DNA of 34,015 bases from Deferribacterales bacterium (lineage in GTDB: Bacteria; Chrysiogenota; Deferribacteres; Deferribacterales; Geovibrionaceae), in the NCBI GenBank assembly GCA_050253335.1, contig JBFWJG010000024.1:1-34015 (forward strand), given 5' to 3'. Below are positions 1 to 8,591 of the stretch, piece by piece; positions within the stretch are counted from its first letter, which is position 1; every line of letters starts with the position of its first letter. Position numbers and translations under genes: made by a program. The notes below the pieces were generated by a model that searched no databases, was not told the DNA's origin, and saw only the letters and a list, made by a program, of their open reading frames with translations.

Positions 1-976
1 ATCTCAGATTCCCGTCCTTGTCTTTTCCCAGTGCGGGGGCAAAGTCGTTCAGCTTTGCGCGGAGCCCGAGTTCAGGCAGAGAAAATTCCTGTCCGAGTCC
101 GAGAGAATAGTCAGTGCTCACGCCGGAAATCAGAGAATCCACAGTAAGCTTGAACACCACATCCTTGTTCGGGTAAACGCCGTAGCTTGACTGATAAAAG
201 GTTGTTCCGCCGTATTTTACCGGACTGTTCACAGCAACCACGGCCTCTGTTGTGACATTATCCTTTATGAAGTGAATTTTGGAGCGGAACGAGCTCTGCT
301 TGGGCGAGTTTTTATAAAACTCAGACTCAAAATTCTCAAGATACACGCTGAAGGGAAGGTTTATCTCTTTCCCCTTTCCGGCGCTCACCACATTTTCCAT
401 TTTTCCTTCAAGTATGGCGATATTGCCGTTGTATCCGAAGATTCCGCCTATGAAGCCGCCCGCTATTAGCACAACAAGCCCCAGATGCGTGACAAATGCG
501 CCTGATTTGCCGTATCTTCCCTTTTCCGCCGCGATAACATCGTCTGCCTGCGTGATGTTCCAGCGGGAGAAAACGGAGGAGAAGGCTTTGGAAACGTTTT
601 CTGTGGAAGCTTTGAACTCCTTTTCCTCAAAAAAGTAAGCGGAGAAGGCGTCCTTGTCCGTGCTGATTTTTCCCGTGAGCTTCTTCCATGTCGCTGGGAG
701 CTTGTCAATGGAGCAGAAAATGAGGTTCAGCGCGAGAAGAAGAAGAATGAAGTTGAACCAGTATGTATGATAAAGGTCGGTAAAACCTGTTTTATCCAGA
801 AATGAGTAAACAGCGGGGGCGGCATCGCCGAATATTTCCCTGAGGCGTCCGGTTGTTTCTTCCGCCGGAGCGTGCTGTTTAATGAATGTGCCGATGGAGG
901 ATACAAAAATGAGAACCGCGAAAATAACAAGGGCGAATCTGAGTGAGCCTGCGGCTTTGAGTATTTTTTTCATCAT
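1..976 (-). CDS. resB: Cytochrome c biogenesis protein ResB/Ccs1 (system II); 3' part runs off the window
   Basis: Not in the ORF track; translated by hand from ATG at 976: MMKKILKAAGSLRFALVIFAVLIFVSSIGTFIKQ...FTDLYHTYWFNFILLLLALNLIFCSIDKLP...GAFVTHLGLVVLIAGG. These match ResB N-terminal motifs (SLRFA..IGT..Q; D.YH..WF; NL..CS; TM His). Lies just downstream of a multiheme cytochrome gene. Confidence 0.88.
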   Translation of the reverse strand, partial: MMKKILKAAGSLRFALVIFAVLIFVSSIGTFIKQHAPAEETTGRLREIFGDAAPAVYSFLDKTGFTDLYHTYWFNFILLLLALNLIFCSIDKLPATWKKLTGKISTDKDAFSAYFFEEKEFKASTENVSKAFSSVFSRWNITQADDVIAAEKGRYGKSGAFVTHLGLVVLIAGGFIGGIFGYNGNIAILEGKMENVVSAGKGKEINLPFSVYLENFESEFYKNSPKQSSFRSKIHFIKDNVTTEAVVAVNSPVKYGGTTFYQSSYGVYPNKDVVFKLTVDSLISGVSTDYSLGLGQEFSLPELGLRAKLNDFAPALGKDKDGNLR

Positions 977-1092
977 AATTAAAGTTCCTGTTTTTAAAAA
1001 TAAATTACGGCATTCCCGGTTCCGTTTTGTATTCCCAGAAATCCAGTAATATATATAAACCCTTTAGACAGATTCAGACAGTATTTTTTTGT

Positions 1093-1126
1093 AAAAAAAG
1101 AATCGGGGGCGTTAAGCCCCCGATTC
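1093..1126 (-). terminator. Intrinsic terminator after the nitrite reductase gene
   Basis: Perfect 11-bp stem GAATCGGGGGC (1100-1110)/GCCCCCGATTC (1116-1126), 5-nt loop, A7 at 1093-1099 (U-tract on the minus strand), 24 nt after the stop at 1151. Confidence 0.85.
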
Positions 1127-1150
1127 ACAGTGTTTTGCTTATCGGTTAAA

Positions 1151-2815
1151 TTACTTCGCAGCAGCCTGTGCTTTTTTCATTTCGGCTATTGCTTCGTTGA
1201 TGATTTTGATTCCAAGCTGAGACTCATCGATAGATTTAGTCAGAGACTCTCTTGCCATCTCGGGGTTGTGGAAGCCGTCAGAGTTTTCAGCTACCCAGTA
1301 TTCCCAAAGGATGTGAGCTTTGAACTGCTGTTCCTGAGCATTTTTAATAACTTCCTCGCTGAGGCCTTTATCTTTGCCTTCAACGATTTTGTCTATAAGT
1401 TCAGACAGCCAGAACTCGGCTTTTCTCATTTTGCCTTTGGTGTAGGCTTTTACAGAGTCGATAGCGTAAAGCGCATCTTTCTCTTTCCAGCCTGTGTGGC
1501 ATCCGCCTGAAAGGCATGATTCTTTGATGTGCTCTCTGGGTGTCACAGCGAAGTGAGAAGTGTACTTCTTGCCGGTTTTCTTATCAACCATCTTCGGAGT
1601 GTGGCATCCGTCGCAGCTTACGCCTGCTTTAGCGTGTTTGGAGTTGTAGTGAGTTTCAGCCTCGGGGTGCTGAGCTTTCCACAGGGGAGCGCCGCTGAAA
1701 GCGTTTTTGAAGTCTATGAACGCGATCTGGTTTTTGTAGTGGTCATAGAGCTGAAGCGCGTCTTTGAACGGGAAGTGGTTTGTTCTGTCATCGGCAAACG
1801 TCACTCTCTCGCCTGTTTTAGCATCGATACCGGGGTTACAGTTGTACTCAACGTGGCACTGGCCGCACTGAAGAGTAGCATCGTATTTCTCAAGTATAGC
1901 GATTTTTCTTGTGTATCCCCTCATACCCATATCGATAACTTCGATTTTGGTTCTGTTGGGATCTTTATGCCACAGAGTGTCCGCTTCGGGTCTTGTAAGA
2001 GCCTGAATAAGAGCATCTCTCACGATTCTGGGTTTTGCAGCGTGAGGATCGTGACATGTGTAGCAGTTAAGTGAGTGCTGGAGCTGTTTGCTCTGAATCA
2101 TTTCGGTGGGGTTGCTTTTTCTTGAGAAAGGAGCGCCCACGTCAGGATTGCCGAGGTAAGCCCAGTCAAGGATCTGGTCCTGAGTTTTACACTGGAAGCA
2201 AACGGGGTTTACCGCTGCCGCAGTCTGTCTCATGAAGGGTTTGTGATCGCTTGATTCGGGGTGTGTGTCCACGATAGTGTCCCAGAGTTTGCCGGGTTTT
2301 TCGTTAACATACATCCATCCGTTTTTGGGCTGGAATCTTCCGCCCATAGCACGGTCAACTATAACCTGGTCAAGGAGCATATAGCCGTGGCTTCTTGTAA
2401 GAGCGTGCTCTTTAGTGAAGCCGTGGGGAGCCATAAGCTTGTCCCAGAAGGGGTTGGGTGCTCTGTTAGTGAGCTGTGATTTTTCATCTCTTGCGGGTCT
2501 GTGTTTGTTCACCTGAAGGAAGCTGCCGTGCTGTTCTTTGTGACATGCTCCGCAGGCATCCCAAGATTTAAACACTTCGGGGCGTTTGGAAGAATCTTTC
2601 AGGTGCTCGTCAAGGCCGCCGTGGCAGCTGATACAGTTAACACCTTTGTGTTTTCCGGACTGGTGAAGCCCCTGAACCACGTCATGGCACTCATAACAGG
2701 TTTTGGGATCAACCTTCTTGACAGCAGCTTTCTGAGCTGCTTCCGCGGACTGAGCTGAAACGAGAAGCATAAGTCCTGCGAGAACGCTGAAAATAAAAGC
2801 GCACTTTCTAAACAT
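1151..2815 (-). CDS. nrfA: Octaheme cytochrome c nitrite reductase (ammonia-forming, NrfA superfamily, TvNiR/ONR type)
   Basis: Signal peptide; eight heme motifs CYECH, CISCH, CGACH, CFQCK (Lys-ligated catalytic heme), CYTCH, CGQCH, CDGCH, CLSGGCH; NrfA signatures RSHGY, CHVEY, KAQHPE, AENSDGFHNP. Start placed at ATG 2815 behind SD CAGGAGG (2821-2827) rather than 2839. Confidence 0.93.
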   Translation of the reverse strand: MFRKCAFIFSVLAGLMLLVSAQSAEAAQKAAVKKVDPKTCYECHDVVQGLHQSGKHKGVNCISCHGGLDEHLKDSSKRPEVFKSWDACGACHKEQHGSFLQVNKHRPARDEKSQLTNRAPNPFWDKLMAPHGFTKEHALTRSHGYMLLDQVIVDRAMGGRFQPKNGWMYVNEKPGKLWDTIVDTHPESSDHKPFMRQTAAAVNPVCFQCKTQDQILDWAYLGNPDVGAPFSRKSNPTEMIQSKQLQHSLNCYTCHDPHAAKPRIVRDALIQALTRPEADTLWHKDPNRTKIEVIDMGMRGYTRKIAILEKYDATLQCGQCHVEYNCNPGIDAKTGERVTFADDRTNHFPFKDALQLYDHYKNQIAFIDFKNAFSGAPLWKAQHPEAETHYNSKHAKAGVSCDGCHTPKMVDKKTGKKYTSHFAVTPREHIKESCLSGGCHTGWKEKDALYAIDSVKAYTKGKMRKAEFWLSELIDKIVEGKDKGLSEEVIKNAQEQQFKAHILWEYWVAENSDGFHNPEMARESLTKSIDESQLGIKIINEAIAEMKKAQAAAK

Positions 2816-2964
2816 GTAAACCTCCTGAAGAATTAACAAATGTTTATGCGTTGTCCAACTATAACTGCAAATTCGTAAATGGGGCGTTAAGGTTCTGAAA
2901 GGGATGTAAAGATTGTGAAGGATTTAATAAATGTTTTAAATAAAAAGAGAAAAGACTAAGTCCG

Positions 2965-4209
2965 CTAACGGAATCCCGCACCCGCGGATCTCCCCGCGAG
3001 TGCGCCTGTGCTCCAGCACATCTGGAGGTTGTAGCCGCCCGTGGGGGCGTCAAGGTTGAGCACTTCCCCTGCGAAGTAGAGATTTTCGATAATTTTTGAT
3101 TTCATGGTTTTCGGGTCAATTTCCTTGAGGCTTACCCCGCCCGCCGTGACTGTGGCTTTGTTAAAGCCGTGGAAGGAGTCGATAACTGTTTCAAGCTCCT
3201 TAAACAGCCCCAGAAGAATCTTTCTGTGCGCTTTTGAAACCTTTGCTCCGTGCATTTCTCCGTCAAGCCCTGAAAGCCTTATCAAAACAGGCAGAAGCTT
3301 GGGAGGCAGAACTGCCCCGAGGGCTGTTTTCATCATTTTTTTATCATTAGCGGAAAAAAGCTCCGCAAGGCGTCTGTCCAGTTCTTCTCTCGGTTCATCT
3401 GGGAAAATATCAAGAACAAGCTTCATACCCTGCTCGCTTCCGGAGATGCTTCTGCTTATATTGTAGACTGCGGGGCCTGTCATCCCGTCTTTTGTGAAGA
3501 GGAGATCGCCCCTTTCCTCCGCAACCTTTTTGCCGGAATAAGCGCTTATGCACACATCCCGAAGGCTGAGCCCTTCAAGATCCGCTATCCAGCGTTCTCT
3601 GAGCTTAACCGGGGTAAGCACCGGACGGAGTGGAACTACGGTATGTCCGCATCTTTCCGCCCACTTAAAGCCGTCGCCCTTGGAGCCTGTGGCGGGGTAG
3701 CTGAGCCCGCCCGTTGCTATCACAACCCTTTCTGCACGGATTATGCCGTTTTCAAGAATGATCCCCGTCACCCTTCCGTCCGTACATTCAAGACGCTTCA
3801 CCTCGGCATCAGTCCATATCTTTGCGCCGCTGAAGCGGACGAATGTGTTAAGCGCCCTGAGAACGGACTTCGCTTCGTCATCTTCGGGGAAGATTCTGCC
3901 CGCATCTTCCTCAACGCATGTCACGCCGAGTTCGGAGAAGAATTTCAGCGTGTCCGCGGAGGAAAAGGAACTGAAAGCGGAATAGAGAAAACGCCCCTCT
4001 TTTCCGAAGACTTCGGTGAGTTTCTTTATATCTGTCTGATTATTAGTTAGATTACAGCGCCCGCCGCCCGTTATCAGCAGCTTGCGCCCTGTTGAGGCTC
4101 CGCGTTCGAGGAGCACCGTTTCTGCCCCCTGCGAAGCGGCGAACCCTGCGGCCATAAGCCCTGCCGCTCCGCCGCCTATTACCGCCACATCGAAAATATT
4201 TTCCTTCAT
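2965..4209 (-). CDS. HI0933/YhiN-family NAD(P)/FAD-dependent oxidoreductase
   Basis: GGGAAG dinucleotide motif, GRKLLITGGGRCNLTN, ATGGLSYPATGSKGDG, VTAGGV, YFAGEVL..TGGYNLQ. Confidence 0.92.
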   Translation of the reverse strand: MKENIFDVAVIGGGAAGLMAAGFAASQGAETVLLERGASTGRKLLITGGGRCNLTNNQTDIKKLTEVFGKEGRFLYSAFSSFSSADTLKFFSELGVTCVEEDAGRIFPEDDEAKSVLRALNTFVRFSGAKIWTDAEVKRLECTDGRVTGIILENGIIRAERVVIATGGLSYPATGSKGDGFKWAERCGHTVVPLRPVLTPVKLRERWIADLEGLSLRDVCISAYSGKKVAEERGDLLFTKDGMTGPAVYNISRSISGSEQGMKLVLDIFPDEPREELDRRLAELFSANDKKMMKTALGAVLPPKLLPVLIRLSGLDGEMHGAKVSKAHRKILLGLFKELETVIDSFHGFNKATVTAGGVSLKEIDPKTMKSKIIENLYFAGEVLNLDAPTGGYNLQMCWSTGALAGRSAGAGFR

Positions 4210-5549
4210 TCCTCTTCCTGACAGCCCCCGAGGCAGATTCGTTCATCCTCCGCCCTGAGTTCCTTCCGCATGGATTCCCTTATATAGTCCATACCGTTAT
4301 AGAACCCTTTCATCATTACGGAAAGAAGAAAACGCCCCCCTGGGGTGATAATTTTATGACCGCCGTCCGCCCTGCCCACGGCTCCTGCCGCCCTCAGCGC
4401 GGTGTACTCGAAGAACGGCCTGTACGAAGGCTCCGCGTGGAGGCCGAACATCTCCACCATCATCCGGTACTGCTTAACGGAGTGACTGCCGAAAGCTGTG
4501 CTCTTCACCACAGAGGACATGCCGGAGGCGACCCTCTCCGAATATTCCTTCAGTGAAAATGAATTGGCATACAGAGTTCCGTTCAGGAAGCTGAACGCCC
4601 CTGAGCCCAGCCCCACATATTCGCTGTGATCCACAACATATTCATCTATGAACTCTTTCTTTTTCAGAGCATAAGCCCATGAGGTTCGCTGGATGTAGGG
4701 GTCTGTCATGTTTTTCATTATTACGGAGAAAAGCTTCGCCTCGTTCTCATTTGTGGATTTGCCTATGGTTTCCCTCAGCTTCCTGCCCACAAACGGAGCG
4801 TACATCAGCGGATAGAACGTCACCTGCTGGGGGTTCAGCTCCCGCACAATGCGTATGTCCTCCAGAAGATCCTGCTCTGTCTGGCCGGGAAAGTTATACA
4901 TGAGATCAACATTGACGATGGGAAAGTGCCTCAGTATCGCCCGCACTTTTTCATACTGCTCAGCACCCGTGCCGAACTTCTTAATGCGGCCGATGCTTTC
5001 CAGAAACCTGTCATTAAATGTCTGTATACCCACGGAGAGGCGGTCAATGCGCCCTTCGGTGTGCTTCATGCTTTCTTTGTCGATATGGTTAGGGTCGCTC
5101 TCGCAGGAAACTTCTGTTATGCCGAAAAGCTCTCTGGCGAGATCTATTGTTTTTGCAAGCTCATCCGGCAGGATGGATGTTGTGCCGCCGCCGAAGTAAG
5201 CGGAGTCAAAGCTGTAGCCAAGGCGCGCCGTCATCCGCATCTCATCCCTCAGGAGGCTGAAATAGCGTCTGGCGGTTTCCTCATGAAACTTAAACCTGTG
5301 GAAAGAACAGTAAGGGCAGAGAGTTACGCAGAAGGGAACGTGAAGATAAAGAAGATAGCTCCTGCTTTTGTCCGCTGGAGGAAGAACAGAAACATTGTCA
5401 TCCGAAAAGCGGAGATAATGCTTCACCGCTGATTTCATAATCAGCCTTGCCGCTCCGGCGGCAAAGTTCCACCTTACGCCGCGGGAATCCGCCGCACAGG
5501 CATCCGATGCCGCACGTAAAAACGAGTTTTCCCTCGGGAACCCCGCCAA
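4206..5549 (-). CDS. HemN-like class C radical-SAM enzyme, most likely menaquinone C-methyltransferase (MenK/MqnK type)
   Basis: LYLHVPFCVTLCPYCSFH (CX3CX2C), YFGGGT, RLSVGIQTF, QVTFYPLM, DEYV...YVGLGSGAFSFL, C-terminal MMKGFYNGMDYIR. TTG start at 5549 has GGGGGTG upstream; stop overlaps the next start (ATGA). Confidence 0.75.
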   Translation of the reverse strand: MAGFPRENSFLRAASDACAADSRGVRWNFAAGAARLIMKSAVKHYLRFSDDNVSVLPPADKSRSYLLYLHVPFCVTLCPYCSFHRFKFHEETARRYFSLLRDEMRMTARLGYSFDSAYFGGGTTSILPDELAKTIDLARELFGITEVSCESDPNHIDKESMKHTEGRIDRLSVGIQTFNDRFLESIGRIKKFGTGAEQYEKVRAILRHFPIVNVDLMYNFPGQTEQDLLEDIRIVRELNPQQVTFYPLMYAPFVGRKLRETIGKSTNENEAKLFSVIMKNMTDPYIQRTSWAYALKKKEFIDEYVVDHSEYVGLGSGAFSFLNGTLYANSFSLKEYSERVASGMSSVVKSTAFGSHSVKQYRMMVEMFGLHAEPSYRPFFEYTALRAAGAVGRADGGHKIITPGGRFLLSVMMKGFYNGMDYIRESMRKELRAEDERICLGGCQEEE

Positions 5550-5613
5550 AATACACCCCCGTCAATAAACATCAGCCGCCTGACCGGGACGGCTGAGGTA
5601 CCTTTAACACAGT

Positions 5614-6387
5614 TTATAAATGTTTAAAAAACATTTCATAAAGGGTAAGCATTATCTCCACAAGAATGAGGATAACTATATACCACTCAACCCTGAGAGA
5701 ATGAGCGTTGTGCTGGAGGCCTAGCTGCTTCTCGGTAGTGTCGGTGACAAGCTTCAGCTTGCGCTCCAGAGCCTTGCTCCGCTCGATTATTTCAAACTCG
5801 TCCTCAAGCTTGAGGTAAAGCCGCTCAAGCTCCGGATGCTCCCAGAGAATCTCGGGCTTCTCGTTCACCTCAACACCGCCCACCATAGTATGCTGAATAA
5901 GCAGTGCGGAGCCTATGGTGCTGACAAGCTCCCTATATGTTCGGGTTTTTCCCATGCCGGACTTGAGGCGCATCGCAAGGGGCTCTATCTGCTGGAACAC
6001 CTCGGACATCGCCGCCTCGTATCTTCCGAGAACAACACTTTTTGCAAGTATATCAGCCATTGTGAGCACATGCTGACGGGTAAGCTCCGCCAGACGGACA
6101 TGATCCCCCTCAAACCTGTCCTCGTCCGAGCCTGTGTTGATGAACAGGCTCTCGCTCTCCACAGAGGGATTGGGCTCATCTATGAAAGGTTCCAGTTCGG
6201 AGAGAATGTCGTTTCTTTCCTTGTCGCTCAGGCCGACAGTAACAATCACGCCGAAGCGGAATATGACAACCCACTGGTTTTCACCCAGACGGAAGCTGAG
6301 CGGAAGGTGGGAGGTGCGTTCGCCGATTTCGATCCCTTTTGTCCTGATCTTCTCACTGACGGACATCGCCGTCATTACAAGTTGCAT
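5614..6387 (-). CDS. RMD1/YagE (DUF155) family protein
   Basis: IFRFGVIV, LAKSVVL..YE, PEILWEHPELERLY..L..EFEI.ER, C-terminal TM VEWYIVILILVEI. Confidence 0.88.
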   Translation of the reverse strand: MQLVMTAMSVSEKIRTKGIEIGERTSHLPLSFRLGENQWVVIFRFGVIVTVGLSDKERNDILSELEPFIDEPNPSVESESLFINTGSDEDRFEGDHVRLAELTRQHVLTMADILAKSVVLGRYEAAMSEVFQQIEPLAMRLKSGMGKTRTYRELVSTIGSALLIQHTMVGGVEVNEKPEILWEHPELERLYLKLEDEFEIIERSKALERKLKLVTDTTEKQLGLQHNAHSLRVEWYIVILILVEIMLTLYEMFFKHL

Positions 6388-6511
6388 TTTTTCACCCGCC
6401 GATATAAAAAGTACAGATATTATAATATTATAGAACTTTATCCTGAACTATTCATCAGAATTTCGCCATTTTACAAAAAAATAAAACAAACCGCTCTGAC
6501 AAAGGTGCCCG

Positions 6512-7354
6512 ATGCGAAGATTTCTTACCCCTCCCGAAATGACCGAAACCATGCTGGAAACAGCGGCGGCGAAATGCGCCCTTCCCGCTTCCAGAGCCTT
6601 TGTTCTGGCTCTGCTGGCGGGAGCGTACATCGGCTTTGCAGCTCATCTGGCAACAATGGTGACCACGGGCAGCACGGAGTGGGTCGGGGTTCAGCGGTTT
6701 CTCACAGGAGCGGTGTTCTCCTTCGGGCTGATGCTGGCTGTTATTCCCGGATCTGAACTCTGGACGGGGAACACGATGATGATCGCAGGCGCGGCGGACG
6801 GGCGGTTCACCGCCTCTGACATGCTCCGAAGCTGGGTGATAGTTTACACAGGCAACCTTATCGGGGCAGTGCTCCTCGCCCTTATGGTGGTGAAGGGGAC
6901 AGGGCTCACTGACGGGCAGTTCGGCGCAACCGCCATAAAGATAGCCTACGCCAAAACAAATGAACAGATTTACGGCATAGAGCATCAGTACGCCTATTTT
7001 TTCAGGGGGCTTCTCTGCAACTGGCTTGTGTGCCTCGCAATACTCATAGCCATGAGCGCGCAGGACATAGGCGGAAAAATCCTCGGCATCTTTTTTCCAA
7101 TTATGGCCTTTGTCGCCAGCGGGTTTGAGCACTCCGTGGCTAATATGTACTTTATCCCTGCGGGAATATTCGCAAAATCCTTCCCCGCGGCAGTCACCGC
7201 CAGCGGGCTTGACGCCGCCTCCCTAAGCGCCCTGAACTGGGGGAGCATGTTCACCGGAAACATCATAGCGGTAACCCTCGGAAACCTTGTCGGCGGCGGG
7301 CTCATGACAGCCTGCGCCATGCTTTTCATACACGGCGGAAAAAAGAGGCTGTAG
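6512..7354 (+). CDS. Formate/nitrite transporter (FNT family, FdhC/NirC-like)
   Basis: LAGAYIG, GSELWTGN, GNLIG, LCNWLVCLA, FVASGFEHSVANM, VTLGNLVGG; multiple TM segments. Confidence 0.93.
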   Translation: MRRFLTPPEMTETMLETAAAKCALPASRAFVLALLAGAYIGFAAHLATMVTTGSTEWVGVQRFLTGAVFSFGLMLAVIPGSELWTGNTMMIAGAADGRFTASDMLRSWVIVYTGNLIGAVLLALMVVKGTGLTDGQFGATAIKIAYAKTNEQIYGIEHQYAYFFRGLLCNWLVCLAILIAMSAQDIGGKILGIFFPIMAFVASGFEHSVANMYFIPAGIFAKSFPAAVTASGLDAASLSALNWGSMFTGNIIAVTLGNLVGGGLMTACAMLFIHGGKKRL

Positions 7355-7450
7355 CGCTGTTAAATAAATATTGATTTGCTCATAAATAGGATTATAGTCT
7401 GATCTCGTCTGCCCGTTATATTTTTCAGATACGGGAATGAGGTACAGGCT

Positions 7451-7798
7451 TTGTTCCGCACAGTTTTTCTTCTGGTTTTATCCAACATTTTCATGACCTA
7501 CGCATGGTACGGTCATCTCAAGACCCTCAGAGACAAACCGCTTCTGTTCGCTATTCTTGTTTCATGGGGCGTGGCCTTCTTCGAGTACTGCCTTCAGGTT
7601 CCGGCAAACAGGCACGGTTTCGGCATTTTCACACTGCCTCAGCTGAAGGTTATGCAGGAGATAATCACCATGGGCGTTTTCGCGGTCTTTGCGGTCTGGT
7701 ATATGAACGTGCCGGTCACAAGAAACTTTTTTTACGCATCCATGTGTCTTGTGGGCGCTGCTTATTTCATATTCAGGGATGCGGCCGCCCTTCCTTAA
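7451..7798 (+). CDS. Small DMT-superfamily membrane protein (DUF486/DMT_6)
   Basis: SNIFMTYAWYGHLK, SWGVAFFEYCLQVPANR.G, QLKVMQEIIT; TTG start with GAGGT upstream. Confidence 0.88.
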   Translation: MFRTVFLLVLSNIFMTYAWYGHLKTLRDKPLLFAILVSWGVAFFEYCLQVPANRHGFGIFTLPQLKVMQEIITMGVFAVFAVWYMNVPVTRNFFYASMCLVGAAYFIFRDAAALP

Positions 7799-7865
7799 AA
7801 TTAACCTTGTTTAGGCTTGATAATTTGCCTCTGAAGGTAAAATATAGTGTTATGGACGAAAACAT

Positions 7866-8591
7866 ATGACAAGAAACATGGATCTGAGCATTCTCCCTCA
7901 GCCGGACGACACTTCCTGCGGTCCGACATGCCTCCACGCTGTTTATTCCTATTACGGCGAGGAAATCCCCCTTGCGGATCTCAGAAACGAGATAGCAGAG
8001 CTGGAGACAGGCGGCACACTTGCGGTGGTTCTAGGCCTGCACGCCCTGAAAAAAGGGTACAAGGTCACGATTTATTCCTACAATCTCGTTGTTTTTGACC
8101 CCACATGGTTCAGGCTTCCGCCCGAAGGAATAATAAATAAGCTCAAAAAGCAGATGGAAGTAAAACATGACAGGAAACTGAGGTATACTTCCAAAAAATA
8201 TATCGAGTTTCTAACCCTCGGAGGCGAACTGAAATTTGCGGATCTCTCCCCTGCGCTTATCAGGAAGTATCTGGACAGGCAGACGCCCATAATAACCGCA
8301 CTGAGCGCCACTTACCTTTACCGCAGCCCGAGGGAGATACCCGAGAACACAGACTATGACGACATAAAAGGCGAACCCTCCGGTCATTTCGTTGTCATAA
8401 CCGGATACGACAAGCCTGCAAAGAAGGTAAGCGTGGCAGACCCCATGCTCCCCAACCCTTTTATGAAAACCAACCGCTACAGCGTGAGGATGACGCATCT
8501 TATAAACGCCATCCTGCTGGGTGTTCTTACATACGACGCCAAACTGCTGGTTATAGAAAAAAAAGAAACAGACGGTGATGTGCAGAAATGA
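7866..8591 (+). CDS. Stand-alone papain-fold C39-like cysteine peptidase
   Basis: QPDDTSCGPTCL (Gln, catalytic Cys), GHFVVITGYD (His), VADP (Asp); no signal peptide or ABC domain; stop overlaps next ATG. Alternative start 7878. Confidence 0.85.
   Translation: MTRNMDLSILPQPDDTSCGPTCLHAVYSYYGEEIPLADLRNEIAELETGGTLAVVLGLHALKKGYKVTIYSYNLVVFDPTWFRLPPEGIINKLKKQMEVKHDRKLRYTSKKYIEFLTLGGELKFADLSPALIRKYLDRQTPIITALSATYLYRSPREIPENTDYDDIKGEPSGHFVVITGYDKPAKKVSVADPMLPNPFMKTNRYSVRMTHLINAILLGVLTYDAKLLVIEKKETDGDVQK

Noticed and set aside
2831..2945. TGTAAA/TGTGAA and TTAACG/TTTACG-like short repeats upstream of the nitrite reductase as regulator sites
   Set aside because: Too short and degenerate in an AT-rich region; no clear FNR, NarL or NsrR consensus.
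5572..5596. Imperfect hairpin TCAGCCG...CGGCTGA between the RMD1-family and radical-SAM genes
   Set aside because: Short, lacks a clear U-tract; cannot be called a terminator or riboswitch.
5836..6756. 306-aa plus-strand ORF
   Set aside because: Antisense to the RMD1-family gene and out of frame over the FNT gene; no recognisable motifs.
7504..7869. 121-aa ORF ending at the C39 start, considered as a RiPP (graspetide) precursor
   Set aside because: Alternative frame over the well-conserved DMT_6 gene; no leader or repeated core motifs; the ligase is RLAN-RimK type.
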